From contig OZ024754.1 of assembly GCA_964016885.1 (NCBI GenBank), positions 18,538,001-18,602,000 on the forward strand: a stretch of 64,000 nt of DNA, read 5' to 3'. The notes under the pieces are model-generated. The model was not told where the DNA came from. It made no database searches and saw only the letters and a list, made by a program, of their open reading frames with translations. The translations under genes and the position numbers were made by a program. The stretch is from Eledone cirrhosa. Lineage: Eukaryota. Shown in pieces: positions 16,438 to 29,799 of the stretch; within the stretch, counting starts at the first letter, position 1; the number at the start of each line of letters is the position of its first letter.

Positions 16438-19420
16438 TATCATTATCATCATCATCATTTAACGTCCATCTTCCACGCTTGCATGGGTTTGGACAGGAAT
16501 TTTCCCACTTGAGGCAAGATTGGTTGTCTTGCTTGTATAGGACTGACTGGCAGGCTTTCTACGGCTGGATGCCCTTCCTAACACCAACCACGTTTACAGT
16601 GTGGACTGGGAGGTTTTTACCGTGTTACCTACACGGCCACATTACAGCGTGGACTGTGTTTTTTTGTCGTGACACCTACACGACCTCATTTATTTCGGAC
16701 TGGATGTTGTGATACCAACATAACTTTACATTGAAAGGGGTGGTGTGGATGGGGTGGGGGTAGCGGGACGGGGGTGTATTTTTGTTAAGAGGTGCTTACT
16801 GACTGTAGGTTTCGCTTTGTACTTAGGCAAGGCAGGTCTTCTGTATTACTGTGTAGCGCCAAAGATCTCGGTCCAGTGACATTGTCTTGGAGAGGTGTAA
16901 GTGTGTGAGGTCGGAGTTTATCAAGTCGTCCCAGGTTTTTCTGGGTCTGCCTACTCCGTGGCTACCGTCTATTTTTATCGTCCTGCACTTTTTTATACAG
17001 CTGTCGTCTTTCAAGCGCATCACGTGACCATACCAACGTAGTCTTCTCTCGAGTAAACAACATCTGATCCCTCTTATTCCTAATTTTTCCCTTAGTTCAT
17101 TAATGCTTTGCCGTTCACGTATATTTCTATTACACATCCAACGGAGCATGCAAGCTTCGTTCCTCTCCAGTCTGCGTATATCCTCTGCACACAATGCCCA
17201 AGTCTCCCTGCCATGTAACATTGGTGTTCGTATGCAGGCATCATACAGCCTGCCTTTCAATTTTAGAGGGAAACCTTTAGTGGCCAATAGTGGTATAAGC
17301 TCTCTGAATTTTTTCCATCCCATTCTGACTCTAGCTACTGTACTTTCAGAACACCCTCCACCACTGCTGATTTCGTTACCCAGGTAACGGAAGGTGTCCA
17401 CTATTTCTATAGAACCATCTGTGCAATGGAATGAGCTAGTATTCCGTTAGCACTTGCTGCTACTTATTGCACCTGAGCACTGGCCACATATAAAATCTAT
17501 ATTCTTAGTTAGCTTACCCGTGATCCCACTACATCTTTTATGCACCCATACTTTGCATTTGGGACATAAAATGGAGTTTCTGCCTACTCCTTTCCTACAC
17601 ACTGAGCATGACCATTTCCCAGATGGGACCAGTGCCCTATTTTCCTTCCTACAAACTAGAACTTTAGTCTTAGACAAGTTAATTTTAAGGCCTTTTGATT
17701 CTAGGCCATGCTTCCATGTTTGGAATTTCTTCTCTAGTTCAGCCATTGATTCAGCTATGAGCGTTAGATCATCTGCGTATAGGAGTTCCCATGGGCAGCC
17801 GGTCTTGAACTCCTCTGTTATATCCCGAAGGGCATTAATAGGAGGGGGCCAAGGACGGAGCCCTGAAGAACACCAACTTTTACGCTAAACTCTTCACTAT
17901 ATTCGTTGTTAATTCTAATCTTGCTGACTGTTTCTTTATACATGGCTTGTATAGCTCTCACAAGCCATTCATCAACAGCTAGTTTTCTGAGAGCCCACCA
18001 GATAATGGGGCGTAGGACTCTGTCAAAGGCTTTCTCCAATGCAACAAAAGCTAAGTGTAGGGGTTTACTTTTAGCTAGGTACTTCTCCTATAGTTGTCGT
18101 ACAATGAAAAGAGCGTCTGTGGTACTTTTACCTGACACAAACCCGAACTGAATTTCATCTAGATCAATTCACTCTCTGCTTAGTTGTGCTATTACTTTTT
18201 CTGTGACCTTCATGACCTGGTCAATTAATTTAATGCCTCTATAGTTTCCCCTATCTAGGGCATCTCCTTTACCCTTGTAGCAGTTAATGATGATGCTGCT
18301 ACGCCTGTCCTTCGGAACAACCCCATTCTGTATGACTTGGTTTACTATCCGGGTGACCATTGTGTGTCCCACCGTTCCAGATGCTTTCAGCATTTCAGCA
18401 ACTATTTCCGAAGGCCCAGCCGCCTTGCCTGTCTTCATATCTTTGATCGCCTTACTTATTATACTACCTTCAACTAGCACTGCTGGGCCCTCTATTGGAT
18501 CGATGTGGGGGAGACTGTCTTTCTCCCATTTATTCTCCTCATTTAGTAGCCTTTCGTAGTGACACTTCCAAGCTACCTTCTTATCAGCGTCAGTGATGGC
18601 AAGTACACCATCATCATTAAGGACACACTTCTCCCCGACAATATCACTGTTTTCCTTGACATATTGCCTAGCAATCCTGAACACCTCACGTTTTTGGTCC
18701 TCACGTTGTAGAACATGCTTGAACTTTCTTTCCTTTGCTTCCCTTCTTGCGAAGTACACTTGTCTCCTAGCTTCCCTCCTGGTCACTTGATAGTCTTCTC
18801 TACTTCCCCCATCCCGCCATACTTTCCAAGCCTGCTTTTTGGCCTTAATTGACTCCTCCACCTTACTGTTCCACCACCACGTTACTCTCCTCCTGCCACC
18901 AACATCATCTGCCGCCTTCAGCAGTTTAGCTTTCAGGAATTCCCACTGTTCCTCTATATTGTACGACTCTAATTGCTCTTCCTTACTGTCAAAAGCATCA
19001 AGTAATATGCTTTTAAATTTATTACTGGCTGTGGGGTCCTTTAGCTTCCATATTTTTCTCCTGAGGATAGTCCTCCTCTGTTGTCGAGTACGTCTTGTCC
19101 TGACTATGAGGTCGCTGACTATGAGTATGTTGGGAGGTGCATTCTTCATGGGGGAGGGATTTAGTGTTTACAACAGACACTCTATCACGTCTTCTGGTAA
19201 GGATATAATCTATCTGACTGGTGTGTTCCCCTGATCTATAGGTGATCAAGTGATTGTCTTGTTTTTTGAAGTTAGTGTTACAGACAGTTAGGTTATTTGC
19301 GTCACAGAATTCCAGGATTCTGGAGCCTTCCTCATTTCTAGTACCAAACCCATAGCCTCCATGGATTCCGTCATAGCCATCACAATGTTGTCCAACGTGA
19401 CTATTTAGGTCGCCAGCAAT
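16438..19420 (-). mobile_element. RTE-clade LINE with APE endonuclease fragment and frameshifted RT
   Basis: GDLNSHVG, NEEGSRILEFC, SQIDYIL (APE); RT motifs as in the 4362 copy; (GAT)n tail at ~16440. Confidence 0.95.
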
Positions 19421-19573
19421 GTATATATATTTATACATTATTACTGACTACCTGTGTGAATGTGCGCTTGTGTGTGCGCATATGTGACCAAAAGATCACA
19501 CGTTTATATGTGTGTATTTGTATTTCCATGTAGACGCACATATACTTATGTGTGAATGTATACGTTTACGTAC

Positions 19574-19760
19574 GTGGATTGGCAGTATCGGTAGAGGGTC
19601 GGATGCCATGCTTTGCAGCACAGTTACGTCCCTTTACGGACTGAGTTCAAATCCCGCCAAGGTTAACTTTGCCTTTCATCCTTACCGGGTCGATAAAATA
19701 AAGTACCAGTAATACACTGGGCTAATTGCTGGCCTTGTGCCAAAATTAGAAACAATTATG
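19574..19760 (+). mobile_element. tRNA-derived SINE
   Basis: A-box-like TGGCAGTATCGG, B-box-like GAGTTCAAATCC, shared core and 3' end. Confidence 0.85.
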
Positions 19761-19935
19761 TATATGCGTGAGTTCGAGCATGTGTATGTTTATGTTTTGG
19801 ATATTTTTTGCCTGTTATTTTATTTCAGCCTCACTTTCATTTATCCTAAACTGTTTTCAAATCCATACATAAATATCTGTCTTCAAGAAACCACTGGTAA
19901 ATAAAATAATTATCTTATGTTGTTTATTACATAAC

Positions 19936-19967
<32 letters not shown>

Positions 19968-19974
19968 CTTGAGG

Positions 19975-20200
19975 AGGGTCATATTGTTGTAATAATATTG
20001 CCAGAAATAATAACAGAACACACTCACTGTTTGGTTGGTTTTCGCTTCTGTATCTTTTATATCTCCACAGTTGGCCATCAATGTTTATCACTGACTGACC
20101 AACGGTAAAAAATATAGATATAAATACATATATATAGTCTAACAAAGTTCTTTCGTTGCACATCTGCAACATCAACAGTGGTACTATTATGTTTCCTCCA
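19975..20200 (-). mobile_element. PLE pLTR fragment with HHR-like motif (CTGTTGA core, ~20141-20181)
   Basis: Inverted homolog of 29220-29520. Confidence 0.7.
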
Positions 20201-20216
20201 GGTTTTTGTATGTTTA

Positions 20217-20248
<32 letters not shown>

Positions 20249-20419
20249 TAGTTATATATATTTAGATATATATATATATTTAATTAGAAAGTGAACAACA
20301 CAAAATATAACTATTCCATTACTAAAGGTTTTTGGATCACAGATGATCATATGTACGTCTGGATCGTTCGTCAGATAGAGATGTTATAACATATATATAT
20401 ATATATTTATATATAACAT

Positions 20420-20747
20420 TTCATTTTACGTCCGCTTTTTCCCTGCTTGCAAGGGTGGGACGGGAACTGATTCTGGCTTGATTTCTACAGCTGGATGCCC
20501 TTCCTAACACCAACCTCATTTAAAGTGAGTGCTGGGTGCTTTTTTGCCGTGGCACCTCCACGACCACTTTGCAGTGGAATGATAGGGACCCCAGTCCTAT
20601 CATCTCATTTCTACAGCTGAGTAAACTGGAGCAATGTGAAATAAAGTGTCGTGCTCAAGGAAACAACACATCACCCGGTCTGAGAATTGAACTCACAACC
20701 TTTCGATTGCAAGGCCAATGCTCTAACCACTAAGTCATGTGCCTCCA
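20420..20747 (-). mobile_element. SINE with tRNA-like head and RTE-like 3' tail
   Basis: Minus strand starts TGGAGGCACATGACTTAGTGGTTAGAGCATTGG...GAGTTCAATTC; tail TTGGTGTTAGGAAGGGCATCCAGCTGTAGAAA matches the RTE 3' UTR. Confidence 0.75.
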
Positions 20748-21079
20748 TATATATATATTTATATATCATATTTACATGCACACACTCTTTTACTCACAGA
20801 TACACACACATTTCTTCTTAGCTTCGTACGGACGTATAATAACACACACACACATGCTTACGCACGTGCACAATTATAGCCCTTTTTACATAACGTTTTA
20901 TTTTTCCATTTCAGGTAGACGTGCTCCATCATCCACTTTTCTAAAAAACAAATCATCAACGCCAGCACCAACAGTTTTGCAAGAGATGTCAACACGAATG
21001 GACCTGTTATTTTTATCTAAAGACATTTTTTCCAATTCCAACCTGCCCCTCCCCTCAATCTATCTTATTTCTTATTCTT

Positions 21080-21115
21080 TCTTCTGATGAGGGTCTAGCG
21101 TCCGAAACGTTAAGA
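21080..21115 (+). ncRNA. minimal type I HHR
   Basis: TCTT-CTGATGA-GGGTCTAGCGTCC-GAAA-CG-TT-AAGA; degenerate relative at ~22575-22610. Confidence 0.78.
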
Positions 21116-21337
21116 CCCTCTTCCTGCTATATCAAGCGTTAACCTAATATATCCCTTCCATATACTGTACCGATTGTGTTGTTATTTATGTTTACCTTTT
21201 ACATACATATACACAAATATATATATATATATATATATCGAGATAGAACACTGGAAGGTAATATCTGTAGTGGTAGAGCACTCAGTCCATGGGACGAGTT
21301 AGGTAGAAGTGGTAACACAACAGTTAGTTCACCATAC

Positions 21338-21375
21338 CGAGAACAATTGTTTCACCTTAGTGGATCTTCAGCTCG
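21338..21375 (-). ncRNA. minimal type I HHR
   Basis: Minus strand: CGAG-CTGAAGA-TCCACTAAGGT-GAAA-CAATTG-TT-CTCG. Confidence 0.78.
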
Positions 21376-21627
21376 TACTGGCATGGTTATACAGAACAGG
21401 AAGAACAACCATGTGAACGTGCATGCGCAGAAACGGTCACTTCACTCAAGCGATACAAAGCCACGGGCGAAAGGTGTAAGGGAGATAACTTCGAAAGTCC
21501 GGAAAAGGTGTTTGAGTTGATTAGAAAATTAGAATGTTGTTGTTATTCAATCCGGAGCTTTGTAGTTATGCAAGAGGTGTTTCCAGACATGTGGACAACG
21601 TGAGAAGATATATATATAGGAAAATGT

Positions 21628-22400
21628 TCATTTCGATGCCTATTTCTGGACTAAATTAGATTTTTAGCGTGGTAGTAAATAGCCGAACTTTTCAAGGGGT
21701 GATTCTTATATGGGCGTGCAATAATGATGCACTTCTGAAGATACTAGTTGTCAAAAGGGTTAGTCAAAATTTCTTGTAAACACAATTAAATCTTTCATGG
21801 CAGTGGGTGGGGGTGGCTGAACTTGCCTGTAGAACAATGAGGGAGTGGGTTAAGCCGGTCAAGCAGTGAAAGTGAATTCTATACAATAAATTCTAAGGAG
21901 TGTGGGTGAAATTAGGCTAGCTAGAAAGCAGGCAAAAAAAGAATTCTGGAGGAATCTGAGAGTGGGAAGTTATAAAATTAAAAAATTAAAAAGTTAATAA
22001 ATTAAAATTAAAAAATAATATTAAAAAATTAAATAATAAAAACTAGAGTCTAAAACAGCCGCTATATTTTTAGCTGGTATTGCGTTTTCGGCCAATGCTA
22101 TATAGAATTTACGGGGTGGGGGTACTGAGGCTACAAGTTAAGGAAAAGGAAGAGGAAAAGGAGTGGAAGGAAGTGAGAACAGATAAAGGGAAAATAGAAA
22201 AGAATTACATCTAGGTTTCCCCTATCTTGTTTGGCAAGTAGGGAAAAAAGGATATTACAGCCATTGTCTACCCACCCGGGTCATAAGGGGGTTTGAGGGC
22301 AAGGTAAGTCCTACGCAATCGGTGTTTACACGCGGTTACAAGTTCGTCTTTTTTGTTTAGGAGTTGGTCCTTCGTAATATATGTATATATAATTCCTTTT
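21628..22400 (-). mobile_element. PLE 3' fragment: GIY-YIG C-terminus plus pLTR with partial U3-A8 HHR
   Basis: LLNKKDELVTACKH motif at 22268-22400; the pLTR is homologous to 37410-37900. Confidence 0.7.
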
Positions 22401-22435
22401 CTGACTCTTGCCAATCTTGCTATTCTTTCTTTCAG

Positions 22436-22573
22436 AGTTACGGCCCTTGCCATTCTGAGTTCAAATCCCGCCGAGGTTGACTTTGCCTTTCATCTTTACG
22501 GGGTTGATAAAATAAAGTACCAGTAATACACTGAGATAATTGCTGGCTTTGTGCCAAAAGTAGAAACAATTAT
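22436..22573 (+). mobile_element. tRNA-derived SINE fragment
   Basis: B box plus shared core; further fragments at 23556-23645 (+), 24095-24176 (-), 26515-26650 (+) and 56772-56818 (+). Confidence 0.8.
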
Positions 22574-22681
22574 ATCTTGTGATGAAAGACTAACGCCCGA
22601 AACATTAAGGCTCTTTTCCTACTATATCAAATATGAAAAGAGTCTCCTGACACACACACACACAAACTCTCTCTTTCTCAG

Positions 22682-22747
<66 letters not shown>

Positions 22748-23352
22748 CAATCTAGCTCCCCAGAAACGTACATATGTTTGGTAGTAGCAATACGATTGAG
22801 AGAGAGAGAGAGAGAGATTTTGATACGTAGATATATATAGAGAGAGGCAGCGAGATAGATAGATAGAGAAAGAGAGACACAGCGATATAGATAGCTGGAG
22901 AGAGAGGGGAGGGGGCACATTATCTTAATACTTTATAATGATCAAACAGTAACGAGAAAACATCTAGTAAGTGAAACATGTAGGTAGGTAAAGCTAAGCT
23001 AGCAGGTATTTCCCCTTCTCGCATTGTCCAAACTGACATTTATACATCTTGTGCTGCAATGGAGAATTTTGATTCCTATATATTGATATTTCTAAATTGA
23101 TAAATGAATAACTGGAGTGAAGGTCACGAGAATATCGAAACAATTTCGCATAGCAATGTGTTATTCTCTCTCTATCTCTTTCTTCCAGTCTCTCTCCTCC
23201 CACCCAGTAAATCACACCATGTCTATCAGTTATTATGGATTAAAGAGTATTTCAACTGTTGTTGCTATTGAATCGATAAATTCATAAGATTTACATGTTA
23301 TATATATATATATATAATGTGAGAAAAACCACAAACCCTCCATCTCAATTCT

Positions 23353-23390
23353 ACTTTTGAAAAGCATAAGAACTGTGAAACCGGTAAAGG
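23353..23390 (+). ncRNA. minimal HHR, U3-A8 core, in a pLTR-like unit at 23318-23512
   Basis: ACTT-TTGAAAA-GCATAAGAACTGT-GAAA-CCGG-TA-AAGG. Confidence 0.6.
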
Positions 23391-23506
23391 AACCAAATAA
23401 ATATTCTTAAAAAGACTCCAGTTGCATTTTCGATTTCATCTTTTTTCCTTATACTTTCACTCGTGTAGGACTCGTTTTTTTTTCATTTTGGAGAAAACCC
23501 CTCATT

Positions 23507-23545
<39 letters not shown>

Positions 23546-25539
23546 ACCAACTCATTGCCTTTCATCCTTACGGGGTCGATAAAATAAAGTACCAGTAATA
23601 CACTGGGTTATTTGCTGGCCTTGTGCCATAAGTAGAAACAATTATAATATTATAAAATTAAATCAAATTATTTAACACTACAAGTGAAGTCATTCTTTTC
23701 CTTTTTTTAAAATATATATATATATATATAATTACGCTTATTTATTTATAGAAAAAAACAACAACATAGAAATAACCTTTAAGACAACTACTGTATTGTA
23801 AAAATGATATTAGGTTTCAATATAAAATATGACGGCATCCTCAATGATGTTTATTATCAATATAAAATTGGAAGGTATGATGAAATAATTTCAGCGTTTA
23901 TATATTTTTATGGGATTTTGTTTTTGAAGAAATGTAAGAAAGAGGGATTGACAGTAACTTCGAAATCACAACTACCTATTTCTTCAGTAAATAAATCTTA
24001 TACTCTGCTCATGTGTATTGAGTACTCGTTCAGCTAATGTTTGAGTGTTTTATATACACTAGTATATAAAACACCCATTTCACTATGTATGAATATATAT
24101 TTTGGGGAGGGTAAAGTCGTTTTAATCGAGCCCAGTGTTACTGGCACTTTATTTTATCGACCTCTAAAGGATGAAAAATAATAATAATAAAATCAAAGTC
24201 TTATGATTTTCAAATAATTTTAAAATTAATTAGGAATTTTTAGAGATTTTGTAATATAACTAACTTTATCATTATTTAGCCGGTGTCTAACACAACTTAG
24301 AGGTTCTTATAATTACGATGGAAGGCTTTTAACATAAATATAAACGCTTAAAAACAATTGTTTAGAACCCGAGAAGCAGCGCCGGTTTGGTACCAAAAGC
24401 TTTAATGGTTATCAAATTAGTAGGACAAAAATATGACTTGGAAGAATGTTTTTATGGTCCAAGTCAATGTTTTTCTCTTTTTATAATTTGATTCTGACGT
24501 AAATATAAATACACCTCGGTTATAGTTTAAAATTATTTCGCCAGTGATCCCTCCCCCTGCTAGTTTTTCTTTCTTTCTCTCTCTCTAGTTATATATTTTG
24601 GTATGTTATATTTGTGAGGCTCCTAGCAATAGTTAATCGAATTTATCATATATGTTTATACTTTCATTCTAAAGGAATTGTGAGCAATTTGTAATATTAT
24701 TTATGTATATATTTAAAACAAATACATTCATTTATATATATAAAAAGAATCACTCCCTTACCGTTATATAGCGAGAATACTTTATATATGTATATATATA
24801 TGTATGTATAAAGTAAAGCGTGAATATAAAATTTCTCCGCTTTTCATTAAAACAGTGAAGCCCTCTCTAATGTCAGCCAGAGTTCCGTCCCTTACATTAG
24901 CTGTATAACGAAAGTTACACAGCTAACATGTGTGTTATTTAAACGTGTACCGGAAGATTGGCTTTTAAACAATCACACTTTACTTTATTGACAGGCATGA
25001 TTGTGGGGGTGCCTGGTTGTTTCAGCACCTTAGCCTCGCCATCACCCGTGATAATGCTTCGAGCATATTGGATTGCCTCGAAATATTCTGTTGACCCTTG
25101 TGGTGTGATGTGTGACCTCACTCCGGTCAGATATTTTGGTGCATTATATTTGTGAAGTTCCTAGCAATAATTAATTGTATTTGTTATATGAGTTTGTTTA
25201 TATTTTCATTCTAAAGGAATTGCGAGCAATGTGTAATATTATTTATGTATATATTTAAAACTTAATAAAATGAATACTGTTAATGACATAAAATTAACAG
25301 TGTAGACTTACAAAAAAAGTTAAGGAGTTCCTCTCGCAACATCGTGGTTTAAGGTTTCTGTGGTCCTTCGTGGATAGCAGCCCGAGCATGTGGATTCTAC
25401 TATGGCCTCAGGGTTGACCAATGTGAGTAGAATTTGGTAGACGAATATCCGTCTCACACACACAATGTATGTATGTATGTGTGTGTGTGTGTGTGCGTGC
25501 GTGCGTTGTTTTAATTTTGAGTTTATCTTTGACTGGCCA

Positions 25540-26320
25540 CCTTCCCAGTGGCAAGGTTGTAAAGAAAACGAAATTTCCTTGGTCTTTTTCCTTTTGTGCA
25601 ATCGTTCCTTCTTTGAATCATAAAAATGTTTTACAGATTTTGAAGGTTCCAGATATCGTGGCCATTTGTAGCTTATCATGGAGCAACGTTCTTTCTCCAT
25701 AAATGCAAGCTCAGTCGACGTGGGTCGGCATGTAAACTGTAGCTCCAATGATGGGTAGAAAGCTGGACGTGTATCTTGGATACTGGATCTGCAAACTCCT
25801 CATCAATGGCCTGTAGATATTCTCCTCTTCTATTTTTCTTTATCGCATTGACATCAAGTAGGCAGCTGAAGTTCATTTTAAAGTTTCCATAGGAGGGCAC
25901 AACTTTTCCACGTTTTATTGTCAAAAATACACATTTAGATGAAATTTCATTGCAATGCCTGTAGAAAACTGGGTAAGGAGGTTCAATTGATTTTTATGTA
26001 GTTGGTATTTGACAAAGCAAAGATGGGAGATACTTCTGAGCCCATTTCTATGGTCACTATGTTTTGTTAGCAGCTATGATATGGGTTTAACGAAAGGTTG
26101 AAAGAAGCACCGACAAGCTATCACCCTGAAAGATGTCTTTTTGATAGCTTTTTTTTTTTTTTTGTGGAGCGAGAGATTCCTAGTCTTTATTAAGACATCT
26201 TTCTAGAAGGTCATTGATATAAAAGCCGCGACTTCGTTTGCATCCAATGATGTAGACCAGTTCTTTTGGGCCAAATACATTCGATGTTCAGAGAGTGGGA
26301 TTGGCAAAGCCTTTCCTCAC
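25540..26320 (-). pseudogene. highly degenerate R4/Dong/NeSL-like non-LTR RT fragment
   Basis: Manual translation gives IFQGDSLSVLL, ISHL and C.FLTIKRGKVV, typical of RLE-clade RTs; multiple frameshifts. Confidence 0.6.
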
Positions 26321-26659
26321 TTTAAAAAGCTTCAAGCACAGGCATCGCTTGATATGTGACATCTTTTGGGATGCATGGTATTGCTGGCCATAGGCAAGTC
26401 CCTAGCAGGATTAAAAAGCCTCGTCCATGATGTTCATGCTTAAGTATCAAGCGATGGCATTACTCAAAATCGAGTTGCAGCCACCATGTGTGTATGTATG
26501 CCACGTAACTTCACTGTTCGACTAATAGAGATCGATAAAATAAGTACCAGACTTAAAATACTGAGGCTGATATAATCGACTAAACCCCACGAAGGCAGTG
26601 CCCCAGCATAGCCGCAATCTAATAACTAAAACTACTAAAAGAATAAAAAGGATATATCT

Positions 26660-26691
<32 letters not shown>

Positions 26692-27359
26692 CCCTTCACC
26701 TCTCTATCTCTCTCCCTCTCTCTGTTTTTCTTTTTTTATTTCGTTTCTTTCAACCTTAGTCACTTTGATAAAAAATAATCTATATTTTTTTAAAGTAATT
26801 TCAAACCCATATCTGAAAATTAATTCTGACAGCCCCCCCCCCCCCCCACATACACACACACATTCGAATAAATCAGTTCTTTGCTATTCATAGCTCTCTC
26901 ATTGCAGTTTTGAATGTCATTTTTCGCTATAAGGTTTATCTAATACAATAAATCCAATATTAATATCGAGAACATTGTTCTTATCAATCAATTCCTTAAT
27001 TACAATTATCTTTTGGATTAGTCTATATAATTCTTTGTATTGAAATAGAAAAGAAAAGAAATAAAAAACGTGTAAGGTATTCTATATCGGAGTTACACGT
27101 TTTGTGTTAGAGATTAAGAGAGTGGGCGAAATAAAATATTATTTTTATATAGGGGTAAATTCCTAGAAACCTTCTATATATTAAAATGAAAGTAAAAATC
27201 CCATGTACTGGATATTTGGATTAAACGATTGCAGTAAAGAAGTGAATAAAAAAAGAAAAGAATGAAATATAATGAAGTTGTTGAGTTGTTATGTTACTAA
27301 AATAACCGAGGAATAGATTAGTTAGCTAACTAATAATTCGCAGTTGTATAAATAAAACA

Positions 27360-27585
27360 ATGATTTCTAGTATAGGCATAAGGCCAGTAATTTTGGGGGA
27401 TGGGAAAGTCGATTAAATCAACACCAGTACATTACTGGTACTTTATTTTATCGATTCCGTAAATATGAAAGGCAGAGTTAACCACGATGGGATTTGAACT
27501 CAGACCGTAAAGGACCGTAACTCATTGCTGCAAAGCATGGCGTCCGACTCTACCGATACTGCCAATCCACCGCCCTAACAATTAC
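27360..27585 (-). mobile_element. tRNA-derived SINE
   Basis: Reverse-complement homolog of 19574-19760. Confidence 0.82.
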
Positions 27586-28123
27586 TTAACTAATAATAGA
27601 ACGAAAAGAAATGTTAGCCCTATAATACATTAAAAAACAAAACAAAACAATCTAAAAGTTCTTTTACGGAAGAAATATGTTTGTTTTTATTTTTGAAAAG
27701 CCATCACAATTAAATAAGGTAAAATATCTCTGGAGATGGAAACAAAAAATAGTGTAGAGATGGGGGTTAGATATTCGTTGGGGGTTTTGTCTACTTTTTG
27801 GACGTATTGTACCTGACGTAGTCGGCTGTTATTTATAGTTCGTCTGTATTGTGGTGGTTTTTCAAAATAACAAAAAAAAAAAAAAAGAAACAACCAACAT
27901 TTTCTCGTGGCTTCAAAAACGAACCTATGTGTATATGTCTATATATGAAGAAAAACAGATGCAACTGATTGTACTCCTGACCCCACCCTAATACTGCTCA
28001 CTTTCACTCCCCATCACTAAGTCCTGCTCGTTAATCTTCCTCCACTCATATGCTTTATCCCCACCTTCTTCTTCTTCTTCTTCTTCTTCTTCTTCTTCTT
28101 CTTCTTCTTCTTCTTCTTCTTTC

Positions 28124-29530
28124 CTACCATACCATAAATAGATTGACAACATCGCCAGCTATGCTGACGCCAATGGCTGCTCCTTCATTCTGGGTGTAGA
28201 TTTTCTCATTAAATTTAAACATGTGACCCTTTAGGGTAGTTTTAATACTAACCCCTACTGCATGTGCAACTATTTTTCTCACCTGATCGTTGTTTTTGGG
28301 TGTCTGTATGGCTTTGGTCCATCCATTCCATCTTCCTATGTGAGTCTTTTTAGCCATTGAGGTTATGGAGGTGGGGTCTACCTCTTATAGGTCTACTGGG
28401 GCAGAAACCACTAAGGTCATTGTTATTTAGGTATTCGGTGTCATAAGTAAGTCTAAGTAGGAGGCCCAGTTCATCTGTGTCGACATCGCAGAACTCCACT
28501 TCGCTCTCACTGATTATTTCCACACATTTTTCCACAGCAAAATCAATGTCAATGGATGGGTATAGTGATACTACATCCATGCTGCCTATTATGCAGTTTG
28601 TTAAGTTTTGTTGTTGCATTCATTGATTCTACTGAGGAGGTCCTCTGTGCTGTCACATATATCTGGGGACATCTTAATTATGGGGCGTATAATCATCGAG
28701 AGTAAGTTGGAGATCCTGTAGTTACTGGCAATTATTATAGGAGAAATAATAGACCAACACTGGGGGGAACTAAAAGGATAAAAAGACGGTTCGGTACTAT
28801 ATGAACACGCCAGACAAAGCCATGATGGTAATATAGACAACATAGAAATTAAAATAATATCTAAACATAGAAATGACTCAGCAGGTAGGCAAATCAGAGA
28901 AGCAACTGAAATAGAACCAAGAAAACCAAAGTTGAGCAGAAAAACGAATGGAATAACAACAACAACTATACTCAAACACACAATACTGACCTAAATAAAT
29001 AAATATACACAAGTACAATAACAACAAACACACATAAACACACACTAGTAAACAAAAGATAGAATACACACTAGTGAACAAAGATAGAATACAAACACAC
29101 ATAGACTCAAACACGAACACACACACCAAACACGAACACACACGCAAATGCATGGGGGGACAGAGACAAGAATAAATAAATAAATAAAATAAAAATGGCA
29201 TAGACATTACAATACAACGGGAGGAAACATAATAGTACCACTGATGATGTCGCAGATGTGTGACGAAAGAACTTTGATAGACTATATATATCTATTTATA
29301 TCTGTATTTTTAACCGTTGGTCAATCAATGATAAACATTAATTGCCAGATAGTTTACATGTATACATGCATATGCGTTGACAACAACACACACACATATA
29401 TATATATATTAACTGTGGAGATATAAAAGATACAGAAGCGAAAACCAACCCCGACCAATCAATGAGTGTGTTTTATTATTATTTCTGGCAATATTATAAC
29501 AATATGACCGTCCTCAAATATAACAATATT
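28124..29530. mobile_element. PLE fragment with 5' inversion: RT on minus (28124-28720), GIY-YIG end and pLTR on plus
   Basis: SMDVVSLYPSID and YTQNEGAAIGVSIAGDVVNLFMVW (RT); plus-strand RQIREATEI..PKL; HHR at 29236. Confidence 0.8.
29236..29279 (+). ncRNA. type I HHR motif
   Basis: TACCA-CTGATGA-TGTCGCAGATGTGTGAC-GAAA-GAAC-TT-TGATA. Confidence 0.62.
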
Positions 29531-29595
29531 TGTTTCACACACGATTTCGTATAAAAAACCTTGCAAAATAAATATATATATATATATATATGATA

Positions 29596-29679
<84 letters not shown>

Positions 29680-29748
29680 AAAAAGAGATGAAATCGAAAA
29701 TGCAACTGGAGTCTTATTTTTAAAAAAAATATATATATTTATTTGGTT

Positions 29749-29786
29749 CCTTTACCAGTTTCGCAGTTCTTCTGCTTTTCAAAAGG
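29749..29786 (-). ncRNA. minimal HHR, U3-A8 core
   Basis: Minus strand: CCTT-TTGAAAA-GCAGAAGAACTGC-GAAA-CTGG-TA-AAGG. Confidence 0.72.
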
Positions 29787-29799
29787 TGAGTTGAGATGG

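Noticed and set aside
19574-19680. tRNA genes at A/B-box sequences
   Set aside because: No complete cloverleaf; they continue into a shared SINE core.
20320-20380. Possible HHR on the minus strand (CTGACGA)
   Set aside because: The GAAA box and stems I/III are too degenerate to support a call.
24939-25121. Minus ORF ending LPVHV as a sacsin-like fragment
   Set aside because: Only a 5-residue resemblance, followed by a stop.
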